Assembly: GCA_017400455.1 (NCBI GenBank)
Contig: JAFPTC010000145.1
Span: 22,696-86,695 of the forward strand
Length of the DNA stretch: 64,000 bases
Direction of reading: 5' to 3'
DNA from: Prevotella sp.
GTDB lineage: Bacteria; Bacteroidota; Bacteroidia; Bacteroidales; Bacteroidaceae
Made by a program: the position numbers and the translations under genes. The notes under the pieces are model-generated. The model searched no databases. It saw nothing but the letters and a program-made list of their open reading frames with translations, and was not told the origin of the DNA. Shown here piece after piece: positions 1 through 10,591 of the stretch; within the stretch, counting starts at the first letter, position 1, and each line of letters opens with the position of its first letter.

Positions 1-1070
1 CGGGGGTACTTGTCGCCAAACCAGCCGTCGTCCATCACGAAAAGCTCGCCGCCGAAGCTGGCTATGTCGTCCATCATCTTGATAATCTTGTCCTCGGTGA
101 TGTCGAGATAGATGCCCTCCCACGAGTTGAGCAGGATGTCGCCCGTTTGCATGCCTCGGTGGAACATTCCCTCCTTGCGTGCCCAGTTGTGGAAGATGCG
201 GCTGACGCCACCCATGCCCTCGGCCGAGTAGGCCATGGCCAGATGGGGCGTCTCGAAGGGCTGCTTCGGCTCCAGGATGTAGTCGCTGGCCACGGGGTCG
301 ATGCCGGCATAGACGTGGTGCTCGCGGTGGGACATGGTGTTGATGCGCAGCTCGAAGTTGCCGCTCCAGCAGAGCACCAGGCCAATGGTGCGGCCCGTCT
401 GTTCGTTGGGCTTGCCGTCGAGCGAGAGCATCAGCTCGGGCGCGTCGAGGTGGCTGTTGCGGGCACCGTCGCTGTTGCGAATGGTCTTCATGCCCAGCGT
501 CAGCGGCTCTTGGGTGATGTCGGCCTCGGCACCCCAGTTGCCGTGCAAGTGGGTGAGCCACACGTCGCCCTGGCGCAGCACCAGATGGCCGCTGTCGTAG
601 CGTTTCAGTGTGATGGCCTTCTTCTCCTGGTGGACAATCTCAGTCCAGGTCTCGATGACATCAACCTGCTTGTAGGCTTTGTAGAAAATCTTCACCGTGA
701 CGGGCATCACTTTGTCCTGCATGGTGAAGGTGTGCAGAACGGCGCGGGGCTGGTCCTGCCTCTGATAGTCAGTCACTTGCAGCTCCAGGTTCTGGTCGCC
801 GTCCATGTGCTGCACCTGCAGGGCAGGCAGGTGGGTGGCTCCCACGCTGCCAAAGGCTGGCAGGGCCTCGAAGCTCAGGTCGCTGCCGGCATCGCGCAGC
901 TGCTGCAAGGTGGCGCTCTTGTCGCCGTAGTACGACTGTCGCAGGTCGCCGCCCTCCCAAGCGGAGAGAAGGAGCTGCGTGTGGGGGGTCTCAATGGTCA
1001 CCTCGCCTTGCCAGGCCAGCGACGCAGAGGCGGAAAGGAGCATCAGGGCTCCAAGAAGGGTTTTTCTCAT
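1..1070 (-). CDS. GH36 alpha-galactosidase (3' end runs off the window)
   Basis: Not in the ORF track. Manual translation from ATG at 1070: signal peptide MRKTLLGALMLLSASASLA, then GH36 motifs LLNSWEGIYLD and ELFVMDDGWFG; frame open to position 1. Confidence 0.9.
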   Translation of the reverse strand, partial: MRKTLLGALMLLSASASLAWQGEVTIETPHTQLLLSAWEGGDLRQSYYGDKSATLQQLRDAGSDLSFEALPAFGSVGATHLPALQVQHMDGDQNLELQVTDYQRQDQPRAVLHTFTMQDKVMPVTVKIFYKAYKQVDVIETWTEIVHQEKKAITLKRYDSGHLVLRQGDVWLTHLHGNWGAEADITQEPLTLGMKTIRNSDGARNSHLDAPELMLSLDGKPNEQTGRTIGLVLCWSGNFELRINTMSHREHHVYAGIDPVASDYILEPKQPFETPHLAMAYSAEGMGGVSRIFHNWARKEGMFHRGMQTGDILLNSWEGIYLDITEDKIIKMMDDIASFGGELFVMDDGWFGDKYP

Positions 1071-1094
1071 ATTGGTAATGGGTTGTATTTATGA

Positions 1095-2372
1095 TTAGAA
1101 GCGTTCCATCAGCTCCAGACACATGCGGCTGTTGTGGTAAGGGCATTTCCAGAAGCCGGCATGGTCGTCGTCGAGGTTCAGCGTACCGTCGGGGCGGCGG
1201 CTCCAGTACCACTCGCCGTCGGCGTAGTCAATTAAGTTCTGCTTGATGTAGTTCCAGCCGTTCAGCGCCTTCTGAAGGGCGTCTTCATCGCCGAAATGCT
1301 GATAGAGGTTGGCCCAGCCAACCACGTTCTCGGCCTGCACCCACCAGTGGAGGTCGTCGTCGCGATGGCCGGTGTCGAGGTTGGCCTCGTGAATCATCGA
1401 GCCGTCGGGACGCAGGCCTTTCTCGCTGGCTTTCGCCACCATGCGCACGATGGGCTCCACCTTCTCCAGCATCTGCTGGTCGCCCAGCACAAGGGCAGCC
1501 TCGTGCATCAGCCACGAGCACTCAATGTCGTGGCCGTAGCTCTCCAGATGGCCGGCGCCACGCGTCCAGTCTTTCTCGAAGAAGAGGTCGAGGTGGTGGG
1601 TCTCGGGGTTAAGGATGCGGTCGGTGAAGATGCGGATGAGATTGCGGACCGAGGCACCCACGCGGTCTACCGTCTGCTGTGACACTGCAATGTCGATGGG
1701 CAGTATCGCACCAATGGCAGGCACATAGCTGCACGAGGTGGGAGCCTGAAACTCCTTCAGGCAGCGGTAGAGGTTGGTGTATGGCTCGATGATGTGCAGA
1801 TGAGTGTTCTGCGACTTGGGGTAGTTGGCGTCGAGGTCGCTCAGGCGCATATCGGCGATGGGCTGCCAGTCGCGTGTCGTAGCCTCAATATAGCCGTTGT
1901 ACTCTTGGTCGAAGGCGTGCTCCTCGATGCAGTCAAAGAGCTGCAGGGCATAGTCCAGGGCCTCGCGGTCGCCGGTGGCGCGGGCATATTCCGACAGGCC
2001 GTAGATGGCGAAGCCAATGGCGTAGAACTGTTTTTTCGTGTCAAGCGGCTGGCCCTTGTAGTCGAGGCTCCAGAAGACGCCACCGTATTCCTTGTCTATG
2101 AAGTGGTCAATGATGTAGTCTTTGGCCCGCGTGGCGGCTTCAAGATACTCGGGCTTGCGCAGCACGCGATAGGCAGCGGAGAAGCTCCAGAGGATGCGGG
2201 CGTTGAGAATGGCGCCCTTCTCTGCCTCGGGATGGAGCTGCATGTGGCCGTCGATGCGTCCATAGAAGCCACCGTGCTCGCGGTCTGTCATCTTGTCAAG
2301 CCAGAAGGGAAGAATGTTCTGCGTCAACACGTCGTGCACCTCTTGCTTGAGGATTGTAATCTGTTCGTTCAT
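1095..2372 (-). CDS. AGE-family cellobiose/mannobiose 2-epimerase
   Basis: ILNARILWSFS, KSQNTHLHIIE, SYGHDIE, WWVQAE, WKCPYHNSR motifs; same operon as GH130. Confidence 0.92.
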   Translation of the reverse strand: MNEQITILKQEVHDVLTQNILPFWLDKMTDREHGGFYGRIDGHMQLHPEAEKGAILNARILWSFSAAYRVLRKPEYLEAATRAKDYIIDHFIDKEYGGVFWSLDYKGQPLDTKKQFYAIGFAIYGLSEYARATGDREALDYALQLFDCIEEHAFDQEYNGYIEATTRDWQPIADMRLSDLDANYPKSQNTHLHIIEPYTNLYRCLKEFQAPTSCSYVPAIGAILPIDIAVSQQTVDRVGASVRNLIRIFTDRILNPETHHLDLFFEKDWTRGAGHLESYGHDIECSWLMHEAALVLGDQQMLEKVEPIVRMVAKASEKGLRPDGSMIHEANLDTGHRDDDLHWWVQAENVVGWANLYQHFGDEDALQKALNGWNYIKQNLIDYADGEWYWSRRPDGTLNLDDDHAGFWKCPYHNSRMCLELMERF

Positions 2373-2374
2373 GC

Positions 2375-3718
2375 TTATTTCTTAATGGGATAGATTCGGG
2401 TGAGCAGGATAATGATGGCGGCGATGATGGCGGGGAAGAGCGAGAAGAGGCTCCACACCATGGCCAGCACGGAATCGGTGATGCTGGCGGGATCGACGCT
2501 GGTGTTGCCCATGTCGTCGGTAATCATGCTGGCGCCGGCCAGTCCGAGGAACAGGGCCACGAGCGAGCCGCTGATGGCGGTGCCGAACTTCTGGGCCATG
2601 GTGCCCGAGGAGAAGATGAGGCCCGTCGAGGAGGTGCCGTTCTTCTCCGTGGCGTAGTCGGCCACGTCGGCATACATCGACCACAGCAACGGCGAGTAGA
2701 GGCCAATGCCAACGCTGGTGAGGATAACCACGGCTATCATCAGCCAGATGTAAGCAGGATCCATGGGAATGAAGAAGAAGAGCACCGAGGTGGCCAAGCA
2801 GATGACGGCTGCCCACATGAAAGCCTTGCGCTTCGAGCCTACCTTCTTCGTAAACCAGGGCGACACGCCGCCGAAGATCATACACGTCAGCTCGCCGAAG
2901 GTCATGAACACGGTGTAGTTGATGATGAGGCCGCTCATGGTGACATCGCCCTTCAGGCAATACTCAAACATGTAGCCGGCCACGGCATAGCGGAAGCCGT
3001 TGAAGAAATTGGTGCAGATGCCGATGAGCGTGAGGATGATCCACGGCTTGTTGCGGAAGAGATCGGCAAACTGCTTGAACGAGAATTTCTCAGCGCGCAC
3101 GGGTTTCAGCCGTTCCTTCGTGAGCAGGCCGCAAGCCAAGGTGCCCGCAGCGGCCAGCACACCGAAGAAAATGCCCAACACGGCATACTGGTGCTGCTCG
3201 GTGCCGCCCACAGCCTTCTGCAGATAGGGGAACGACAGCAGGGTGATGAAGCCCATGGCATAGGCGCCCACCATGCGGAAGGAGGAGAACTGGTTCTTCT
3301 CGTTATCGTCGTCGGTCATCACGCCGAGAAGCGAGCCATAAGGCACGTTCACGGCCGTGTACATGGCCATCATGAGCAGATAGAGCGAGTAGGCCCAGAT
3401 GCGCTTGCCCACAGGGCCGAAATCGGGCGTGTAGAGCAGCAGGGCGAAGATGAGGCCGAAGGGTATGGCGCCATAGATAAGCCACGGACGATAGGTGCCC
3501 CACTTCGACTGCGTGCGATCGGCCAGCGATCCCATGAGGGGGTCGGTGACCACGTCGAACATGCGGGCGATGAGCATCAGCGTGGCGGCGTCGGCAAAGG
3601 TGAGGCCGAACACATTGGTGAAGAACAGGGGAAAGGCTATCGACATGATTTTCCATGTGATGCCACCAGCAGCGGCGTCGCCCAGGGCATAGCCGATTTT
3701 TTCTTTTAATGTTGCCAT
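2375..3718 (-). CDS. MFS/GPH-family sugar:cation symporter (probable mannobiose transporter)
   Basis: KEKIGYALGD, DVVTDPLMGSLADRT, about 12 hydrophobic segments. Confidence 0.92.
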   Translation of the reverse strand: MATLKEKIGYALGDAAAGGITWKIMSIAFPLFFTNVFGLTFADAATLMLIARMFDVVTDPLMGSLADRTQSKWGTYRPWLIYGAIPFGLIFALLLYTPDFGPVGKRIWAYSLYLLMMAMYTAVNVPYGSLLGVMTDDDNEKNQFSSFRMVGAYAMGFITLLSFPYLQKAVGGTEQHQYAVLGIFFGVLAAAGTLACGLLTKERLKPVRAEKFSFKQFADLFRNKPWIILTLIGICTNFFNGFRYAVAGYMFEYCLKGDVTMSGLIINYTVFMTFGELTCMIFGGVSPWFTKKVGSKRKAFMWAAVICLATSVLFFFIPMDPAYIWLMIAVVILTSVGIGLYSPLLWSMYADVADYATEKNGTSSTGLIFSSGTMAQKFGTAISGSLVALFLGLAGASMITDDMGNTSVDPASITDSVLAMVWSLFSLFPAIIAAIIILLTRIYPIKK

Positions 3719-3720
3719 GG

Positions 3721-4938
3721 TTAAGACTTTGTATTGTTTTTACGGATGAGAGCTTTGATTGTTTCCACGCTCTTGGCCGTGGTGAGTCCGTCCTCGGGCG
3801 TGTTCAAGCAGTAGTCGGTGAGGCGCTCAATGGTAGAGGTTGCCACGTGCATACGGGTGTCGGCCGAAGCGTAATAGATGAATACGCGGCCGTCGGGGTC
3901 GGCAATCCAACCATTGGCGAAAGCCACGTTCATCACGTCGCCCAGATATTCGTCGCCCTCGGGCACAAGGAAGTAGCCGCCGGGGCGTGCGATGACTCGC
4001 GTGGGGTCGTCGAGGGCGGTCATATACATATATAATACGTAGCGCAGGCCGTCGGCCGTGGCGCGCACGCCGTGGGCCAGGTGGAGCCATCCGCGTGGCG
4101 TCTTGATGGGATGCGGTCCTTCGCCGTTCTTCACTTCTGTGATGGTGTGGTAGCGGCGCTCATAGATGATCTTCTCGTCCTTCACCTCGGCGTGGGTGAT
4201 GTCGTCGACCAAGGCCCATCCGATGCCGCCGCCGCTGCCGGTGTCGATGAAACCGTCCTGCGGACGGGTGTAGAAGGCGTACTTTCCATCGACGAACTCG
4301 GGATGGAGCACGACGTTGCGCTGCTGGCTCTTCGACACGAGGTCGGGCAGTCGCTCCCAGTTCACCAGATCCTTGGTGCGGGCAATGCCGGCCGTGGCCG
4401 TGGCGGCGCTGAGGTTGCCGGGCTGTGAGTCATCGTGACGCTCGGCGCAGAACACGCCATAGATCCAGCCGTCCTCATGCTGCGTGATGCGCATGTCGTA
4501 GATGTTCGTGGCGGGATTCTCGCCTCCTTCGTGGGCGTTGGAGGGAGCTTCGGGCATGGTGATAGGCTCGGGCCAGAAGCGGAAGTTATCCACGCCATTG
4601 GGACTCTCAGCCACGGCGAAGAACGACTTGCGATCGGCCCCCTCGACGCGAACCACCACCACATATTTGTCCTTCCACTTCAGGGCGCCGCTGTTCAGCG
4701 TGGCGTTCATCATGATGCGCTGCATCAGGAAGGGATTATCCTTTTCGCAGAAGTCATAGCGCCACTCCAGCGGCGTGTGCTCAGCGGTGAGGATGGGGTA
4801 CTTGTATTTCTCGTAGATACCGTTATGGGCGTAGTGGAACGTGCCGAAGGTCTCGTCCTGGCGGGGACAGTTCTTGCGGCTGAGCAGCTCCTCGTGGTGC
4901 TGGCGCAGGGCTGCCACTTTCTCTTCAAACTCTGTCAT
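3721..4938 (-). CDS. GH130 4-O-beta-D-mannosyl-D-glucose phosphorylase
   Basis: [44 protein letters not shown] motifs; context with epimerase and GH26. Confidence 0.92.
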   Translation of the reverse strand: MTEFEEKVAALRQHHEELLSRKNCPRQDETFGTFHYAHNGIYEKYKYPILTAEHTPLEWRYDFCEKDNPFLMQRIMMNATLNSGALKWKDKYVVVVRVEGADRKSFFAVAESPNGVDNFRFWPEPITMPEAPSNAHEGGENPATNIYDMRITQHEDGWIYGVFCAERHDDSQPGNLSAATATAGIARTKDLVNWERLPDLVSKSQQRNVVLHPEFVDGKYAFYTRPQDGFIDTGSGGGIGWALVDDITHAEVKDEKIIYERRYHTITEVKNGEGPHPIKTPRGWLHLAHGVRATADGLRYVLYMYMTALDDPTRVIARPGGYFLVPEGDEYLGDVMNVAFANGWIADPDGRVFIYYASADTRMHVATSTIERLTDYCLNTPEDGLTTAKSVETIKALIRKNNTKS

Positions 4939-4952
4939 TTTCTTATAGCTTA

Positions 4953-6095
4953 TTATTTGATGTCGTTAAGGAACAGCGTCTCGGCTGCGTCATAGAACTC
5001 GCAGAAGTAGGGGGCGTCGGGCTTCGAGGGCGCGGGGCCAAACCATTCGGCCTTGTAGTTGCGCCACGTGAGCAGATAGCTGATGGGGAAGTCCTTCACG
5101 GCGGGCAGCAGCGTGGTGGACCACCAGTCGGGCTGTGTCATGTTCTTCATGCCCGTCTCGGTGAGGGCGGGAATGAGCTTGTGGTCCTTGGCCACCTGGC
5201 AGAGCACCTCCAGATTCTGCTTGGTGCGGGCAATGAACTCGTCCTTGCCCTCGGGCACCCACTGATAGCCGTCGAGGCCCAGCATCTGCACGCGGTCGTC
5301 GCCAGGATAGCGGTCGAGCAGGCGCTCGGCTGTGAGATTGTCCTGACAGCCAGGTGAATAGGACCAAACGAGGTTGTCGAAGCCGTCGGCCACGAGCTTG
5401 TCCTGCAACATGTTCCACAGTGCTTTGTATTCCTCCACGGTGCAGAGCTTTTCGCCCCACCAGAACCAGGAGCCGCTGTTCTCATGCCAGGGGCGGAAGA
5501 TGACGGGCACCTTCTGGCCGTCGGCCGTCTTCAGTGTGGCCAGGAAGTCGCTCACGCGCTGCATCCAGGCCTGGAATTTTGCATGATACTCGCCGCCGGG
5601 GAGGATTTTCTTCACCACCGTGGAGTCGGTGACGTCCCATGCGGTGCCTTCGGGGAATTTCTGCCCGGCCCATCCGCCGCCCTCGATGGTGGTCACGGGA
5701 TTGCGAGGATGCCAGCTGAGGGTGACGATGCCGCCGCGCTGGTGGTGGGCAATGATTTCCTCGGTCATACGGTCGAAGGGCACGCTGTCGAGGTTCTTGC
5801 GGTCGCCCATCTCGATGCCGCCCAGGTCGAAGCCCATGATGGCGGGATAGTCGCCACAGGTGTTCTTCACGTCGCTGGAGTCGCGGTCGTACTCCCACGT
5901 CAGGCCATACATCGGGTCATCCTGATGGCCATACATAATGCCTTTCTGCCTGAGCGTGTCAAGCCGGTCCAGCAGCTGCTGGGCCACGGTCTTCTGAGTC
6001 TCGGTCTCGGTGGCGGCAGCCTTCTTCTGCCCGCCGCAAGCCATCAGCGCCAGCACTGCCAGGCTGAAGGTGAAAATAGTTGATAAACGCTTCAT
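4953..6095 (-). CDS. GH26 beta-mannanase, lipoprotein
   Basis: Lipobox LMAC; YGHQDD, IFRPWHE (acid/base), YPGDD, LTETG (nucleophile). Confidence 0.92.
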   Translation of the reverse strand: MKRLSTIFTFSLAVLALMACGGQKKAAATETETQKTVAQQLLDRLDTLRQKGIMYGHQDDPMYGLTWEYDRDSSDVKNTCGDYPAIMGFDLGGIEMGDRKNLDSVPFDRMTEEIIAHHQRGGIVTLSWHPRNPVTTIEGGGWAGQKFPEGTAWDVTDSTVVKKILPGGEYHAKFQAWMQRVSDFLATLKTADGQKVPVIFRPWHENSGSWFWWGEKLCTVEEYKALWNMLQDKLVADGFDNLVWSYSPGCQDNLTAERLLDRYPGDDRVQMLGLDGYQWVPEGKDEFIARTKQNLEVLCQVAKDHKLIPALTETGMKNMTQPDWWSTTLLPAVKDFPISYLLTWRNYKAEWFGPAPSKPDAPYFCEFYDAAETLFLNDIK

Positions 6096-6126
6096 CTTAT
6101 GATTTGTTGTATTGTTGTTATGCTGT

Positions 6127-7410
6127 CTATATTCCCATTTGGTCGAGCATCCACTGCTCCCACTCGTCCCACTGCTCCTGATACCAGAAGTGCCACGTCA
6201 TTTGGTAGGGCGATATTTCCTTGGGGCCTTTCACCACGTTGTAGGTGGCCCAGGCCGTGGTGGGGGGCACCACGTCGTCGCAATAACCGAAGGAGAACCA
6301 CCCCTTTTGCGAGGGACGGATGAGGCGGGCGAAGTTCACGCCGTCATAGTAGCGCGACACCTCAATCTGCTTCTCCTGGCCCTTGCCTTTGTTCCAATAG
6401 AAGTAGTGGGGCCATCCGCAGGCTGCTCCGCGCAGCGAGTTGGTGTGGTCGCACAGGGCGGCATGCACGGGGGCATAGTAGGTGATGCGCGGGTCGAGGG
6501 CGGCGGTGGCCAGGGTGAGGAAGCCGCCCTGGCTCGATCCTGAGACGCCCATCTGGCGCCCGTTCCAGGGGGTGTACTGCTCGATATAGTCGAGGGCGCG
6601 GATGCAGCCCAGCACCACGCGCTTGTAGTAGTGCTTGTCGCGGGAGTCCATGTTGAACTCCCAGTAGCCCATGAGGGCACCGTTGAACACGTCGTCGTAG
6701 ACCTTCTGCTCCATGGTCACGGGGATGCCGTGGATGCCAATCTCCAGGGTGATGGCGCCACGCGAAGCGGTGTAGACATCGCCGCCATAGGGGCGCACAC
6801 CGGCGCCGGGAACGCGCAGCAAGGCGGGATACTTGCCTTCCTTCACGGGCACGCAGAGGATGCCGTAGGTGCGATAGTTGGGCTGGATGTTCTGGAAGCT
6901 CACCTCATAGACGTTCACATCCTTCGTGCAGCGCTCGGGCAGCAGGCGCTTGGTGGGGTTCAGGTCGGTCTTTCGGGCTTCCTTGATGGCCCCTTGCCAG
7001 AAGGTCTCAAAGTCCTGGGGCATCACCGTCGAGGGCTGCAGCTGCCCGGGGGCGAAGGCTGCGGCGCAGGCGCCCTTGTAGTCCTTGCCATCGACGTGGG
7101 CCGTCACGTCTACGCGATAAAAGCCGGGCTGTTTCATCGTGCCCTTGAGCTGCAAGGTGCCGTCTTTCAGCGTGAGGCTCTTCTTCTCGGTCTGATACAT
7201 CTCGGGCCCTGCCTGATAGTCGATTTGCACATGGTCGATGAGCGTGCCCGAACGGCGCACCTCCACGTTGAACTTGGCCGTCTGGCCCAGCTCGTAGTGC
7301 CAGTCCTGATGGTCGGGCTCGACGGTCACCACCACGTTGTTGCCCCTTATCTGTGCCGAGAGTGGCAGCAAGGCCACGAGGGCCAGCAAGGATAGAAGGA
7401 TTCTTTTCAT
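6127..7410 (-). CDS. CE7-type acetyl esterase (probable acetyl-mannan esterase)
   Basis: Signal peptide; VPGAGVR; GSSQGG nucleophile motif (GxSQGG); DDVVPP. Confidence 0.85.
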   Translation of the reverse strand: MKRILLSLLALVALLPLSAQIRGNNVVVTVEPDHQDWHYELGQTAKFNVEVRRSGTLIDHVQIDYQAGPEMYQTEKKSLTLKDGTLQLKGTMKQPGFYRVDVTAHVDGKDYKGACAAAFAPGQLQPSTVMPQDFETFWQGAIKEARKTDLNPTKRLLPERCTKDVNVYEVSFQNIQPNYRTYGILCVPVKEGKYPALLRVPGAGVRPYGGDVYTASRGAITLEIGIHGIPVTMEQKVYDDVFNGALMGYWEFNMDSRDKHYYKRVVLGCIRALDYIEQYTPWNGRQMGVSGSSQGGFLTLATAALDPRITYYAPVHAALCDHTNSLRGAACGWPHYFYWNKGKGQEKQIEVSRYYDGVNFARLIRPSQKGWFSFGYCDDVVPPTTAWATYNVVKGPKEISPYQMTWHFWYQEQWDEWEQWMLDQMGI

Positions 7411-7448
7411 CTGTATTCCGCTTTTGGTTAGTATACGCTTTCAATTTG

Positions 7449-7456
7449 CAAAGTTA
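7449..7456 (-). promoter_or_regulatory. Bacteroidota sigma-A -7 element upstream of the CE7-GH36 operon
   Basis: TAACTTTG on the minus strand about 40 bp upstream of the CE7 start. Confidence 0.6.
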
Positions 7457-7570
7457 GCGTTTTATTTCCAAACACGCTTATACTTTTTTTGCAAAGATTG
7501 GTATCTATTGGTTTTGCTTCGCCCTACAGCGGAAAAAGGGGGGAATACTGGGCAGTAAGCGGCTGAGCAA

Positions 7571-7655
7571 ACTACGAATTACACGAATTTTACGAATAAA
7601 TAAAGCTCTGACAATCAGCAGGCTTTACATTCGTAAAATTCGTGTAATTCGTAGT
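7571..7655. repeat. Perfect 27-bp inverted repeat built from 9-bp-period ACGAAT(T) units
   Basis: ACTACGAATTACACGAATTTTACGAAT (7571-7597) / ATTCGTAAAATTCGTGTAATTCGTAGT (7629-7655), 31-nt loop. Confidence 0.9.
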
Positions 7656-7689
7656 CTCCTTTAATATGTCGTGCTATTCCGACAGGCCT

Positions 7690-8538
7690 CTACAGCCCAA
7701 AACCCGATTCGTCGTGATAACGCTGGAGCAGGTTCACCTGCTTCACCACGCAGAAATAGCCGTTGGTGAAGAGTCCTGTTTCCTTCAGGTTGGTCACGTC
7801 GTTGGCCGTGAGGATGACGCGATAGTCGGTGCTGGCCTGGCCCACGGTGGCGCAGCCCCACTCGTTCAGCTCGCTGGCGTTGCCCTCAAGGGTGGTGTCG
7901 GTGTCGCGATAGACGGTCTTGATCTGCCAGTAGCTGAAGGGTGCCGTAGGGTCGGTTTCATAGACAAATTCCAGCCTGTCGCCAGGCTTGGCGGTGACGA
8001 ACCGCTCAGGCTGAATGACGAAGCCTCCAGTCCAATTGCCGAAAACGCACTCGCCATCCCATAGGGTGGTGCTGACCCACTCGCCGCTGGAGGGCACCAG
8101 ATAGACGCGCTTCAGCCGCAGTGTGGTAGGCTCGGCCGTCTGCAGGGCCACCTGGTCTACGGCCGTCACGTTCTGGCCATCGAGATAGCAGGTGAGCGAG
8201 GTGATGCCCTTGGCACCGCGCTGGATGAAGTTGTCGTAGAAAATGACCTGGGTCTCGACCTTCGTGGGCTCGGCAAACTCGAAGACAATGGCCTCGTAAC
8301 CCGACCAGTCGGCCGGTGTGCCGTTTTTGGCGACGGTGGCGGCTATGCCACCCCACGCAACGGAGGTGAAGGTGATGGTGCCGTCGTCGTTATGCTGTAA
8401 CTCTTCGTGGATGTTCCAGGTACTGTTAAACTTGTCGGTAATGTCAATCTTGCCGTCGTCGGCACCTGGCGCCGATTTGCCGCCGCAACTGACGAGCAGT
8501 GCCGCAAGGGCGAGTATGGGAAATAGTTTCTTCATCAT
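7690..8538 (-). CDS. Uncharacterised lipoprotein, possibly with carbohydrate-binding-like domains
   Basis: Start reassigned to MMKKLFPILALAALLVSC (lipobox); beta-rich, aromatic sequence; inside the mannan locus. Confidence 0.7.
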   Translation of the reverse strand: MMKKLFPILALAALLVSCGGKSAPGADDGKIDITDKFNSTWNIHEELQHNDDGTITFTSVAWGGIAATVAKNGTPADWSGYEAIVFEFAEPTKVETQVIFYDNFIQRGAKGITSLTCYLDGQNVTAVDQVALQTAEPTTLRLKRVYLVPSSGEWVSTTLWDGECVFGNWTGGFVIQPERFVTAKPGDRLEFVYETDPTAPFSYWQIKTVYRDTDTTLEGNASELNEWGCATVGQASTDYRVILTANDVTNLKETGLFTNGYFCVVKQVNLLQRYHDESGFGL

Positions 8539-8790
8539 CTGTTTAAATAGTGCTTTCGTCCCTGCCAGCGCCCCTCGGTGGGCTGCCGGGAAGAAAAAGC
8601 ATGCAAAGTTAATCATTTTCCGCAAATTTCCCGCAACATTTTAGTTTTTTTATTGATTTGTGGAAGATAAAAACAACGAGTTGGAAAAAAATAGATTACA
8701 GGCCACGGGTCTGTAACTTCCCTATACATTATAATTAATACTTACCAACAAACAATCTCAAGTGAATTTTCCCCTACGCCCCCACCCCAT

Positions 8791-8882
8791 AAAAATTTCT
8801 CACGTGAGATTTTTTCACGGGAGGCCTTCCCAGAAAAATTTCTCACGTGAGATTTTTTCACGCGGCGCCTCCCCAGAAAAAA
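8791..8882. repeat. REP-like cluster A (43-bp unit, TCTCACGTGAGA core, 2 cores)
   Basis: CACGTG at 8801 and 8844, linked by GGGAGGCCTTCCC. Confidence 0.9.
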
Positions 8883-8898
8883 GGCCCGTGCCCGGCAC

Positions 8899-8937
8899 AA
8901 AAAAATCGGGGCCGCAAGCTAAGCCTGCCGCCCCGAT
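8899..8937 (-). terminator. Rho-independent terminator
   Basis: Minus strand ATCGGGGCGGCAGGC-TTA-GCTTGCGGCCCCGAT followed by a T-run, just after the stop at 8958. Confidence 0.75.
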
Positions 8938-8957
8938 GAAAAACTGTTATGAGAAGT

Positions 8958-10475
8958 TTACTTCTGCAGGAACTTCTTGCCGTCACGGATGACGATGCCC
9001 TTGTAGCTGGCATCGACGCGCTGACCGCGAAGGTTGTAGATGGCACCATTGCTGAGCACCACGCTCTTCACCTGCTCAATGCTGTCGGCCACGCCGCCAC
9101 GGTTGATGGAGATGGCAGTGATGAAAACGTTGGTGCTGGACTTCGAGCGAGCCAGCTTGATGGTCTTGCTGCCAGCAGCGTCACCCACCTTGTAGGTGTT
9201 GGTGTTGGGCTCCTGACCGACGTTGGCGTGGATGTTGTTCCAAACCACGTTGTCGCCTTCGTCAATGACGGTGCCATTCTCGAAGAGCATGTACAGCGTA
9301 CCGTTGGCATCGGTGTCCTTGTTGCGATAGGCAGTGATGGCAATCTCGTCGTCGGCCTGCAGAGCCTCGTCGAGGGTGATGGTGACGTTGTCAGTATCAA
9401 TAGCAGCCTTCTTCGAGCTGACGCGGATGACGTAGTAAGAGCTGTTCTTCATGTTCACAGACTCGGCGTCGGCACCATTGCCGGTGACGGTACCGCCAGT
9501 GACGGTGGCACCCTCTTCGCCGCCTACCCACGAGAAGACGGTCTTAGCCTCGGCAGGAGCAGCGTCCTTCGAGATGTACATGGCGGTGACCTTCATAGTG
9601 GTTTCCTGAGCGGTAGCTTCCTTCGTGGCCCAGTCTTCGATGGAGGGATCGGGGAAGTTGAAGTTCTGGAATGCCATCTGCGAGATGTTGGTCCAGCCAG
9701 AGATGTCGAGGATGTACTTCTGAGGAGCGTCAGACTTCAGGATCATCATGTTCTCAGGAGCGCCATCGGCATGGTCGCCCTGCATGACGAACTGCACGTC
9801 GCCATTGGTAGACTCAACCTCGATGACCAGCGTGTTCCACTCGGCCACGTCGAATGTGCCAAACCACTTCGAGTGCCAACCGGCACCACCAGCGGCGAAG
9901 ACAAAGGCACCCTGCTCAGCGTTGTAGCTGCCGAAGGTGGTGTAGTCAACGTCCTGGGTGGTCACCACGGGCTGCTCGGCCAGTGCTGCCTCATACTCGG
10001 CGGTCGATGCCCAGTAGATTTCCTCCACGGTGAGCGAGCCGGGGTCGTTCTGGTTCTGGAAGGCCACGGAGTTGATCTTGTTCTTGTGGTCGTCAAGCTT
10101 GATAGCCACCAGTCCGCCCTTAGCGTTCTTGGCAGCGAGCTGCTGGCCCTGGTAGAACTCGGGACCCCACTGGCCAATGACGCCGTTGGCATTGTACTGG
10201 ATGATGAAGTTCACATCGGTGGTAGAGTTGTACTTCAGCACGAGATAGTCGAAGGCCGAAGCATCATAATAGGTCACGTTGCTGTCGTCGGTGGTGCCGG
10301 CCTCGGTGTCCTGAATGAGTTCGCCAGTAGCGAAGTTAACACCCTGCCACGACCAACCACCAGCAAACTCGATGGTAGTACCCGAGGCGTAGATGCTCGA
10401 AAGGTCTACAGCCTCCTTGGCGTTCATACCTACTGCAAACAGCGTTGCAGCAATAAGCGTAAATAATTTCTTCAT
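8958..10475 (-). CDS. Secreted multi-domain protein with Prevotella-type C-terminal sorting tail
   Basis: Start reassigned to MKKLFTLIAATLFAVGMNA; ends IYNLRGQRVDASYKGIVIRDGKKFLQK (T9SS-like tail). Confidence 0.8.
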   Translation of the reverse strand: MKKLFTLIAATLFAVGMNAKEAVDLSSIYASGTTIEFAGGWSWQGVNFATGELIQDTEAGTTDDSNVTYYDASAFDYLVLKYNSTTDVNFIIQYNANGVIGQWGPEFYQGQQLAAKNAKGGLVAIKLDDHKNKINSVAFQNQNDPGSLTVEEIYWASTAEYEAALAEQPVVTTQDVDYTTFGSYNAEQGAFVFAAGGAGWHSKWFGTFDVAEWNTLVIEVESTNGDVQFVMQGDHADGAPENMMILKSDAPQKYILDISGWTNISQMAFQNFNFPDPSIEDWATKEATAQETTMKVTAMYISKDAAPAEAKTVFSWVGGEEGATVTGGTVTGNGADAESVNMKNSSYYVIRVSSKKAAIDTDNVTITLDEALQADDEIAITAYRNKDTDANGTLYMLFENGTVIDEGDNVVWNNIHANVGQEPNTNTYKVGDAAGSKTIKLARSKSSTNVFITAISINRGGVADSIEQVKSVVLSNGAIYNLRGQRVDASYKGIVIRDGKKFLQK

Positions 10476-10591
10476 AAGCGTTTTTTGTTTAGTTAATAAA
10501 ATTATCATTTTTGGTTCTGCAAAATTAGTGGTTTTGAGTGAAACGACAAAGGATTGTGCCAAAAAAGTTTGACACAATCCTTAAAAATCAT

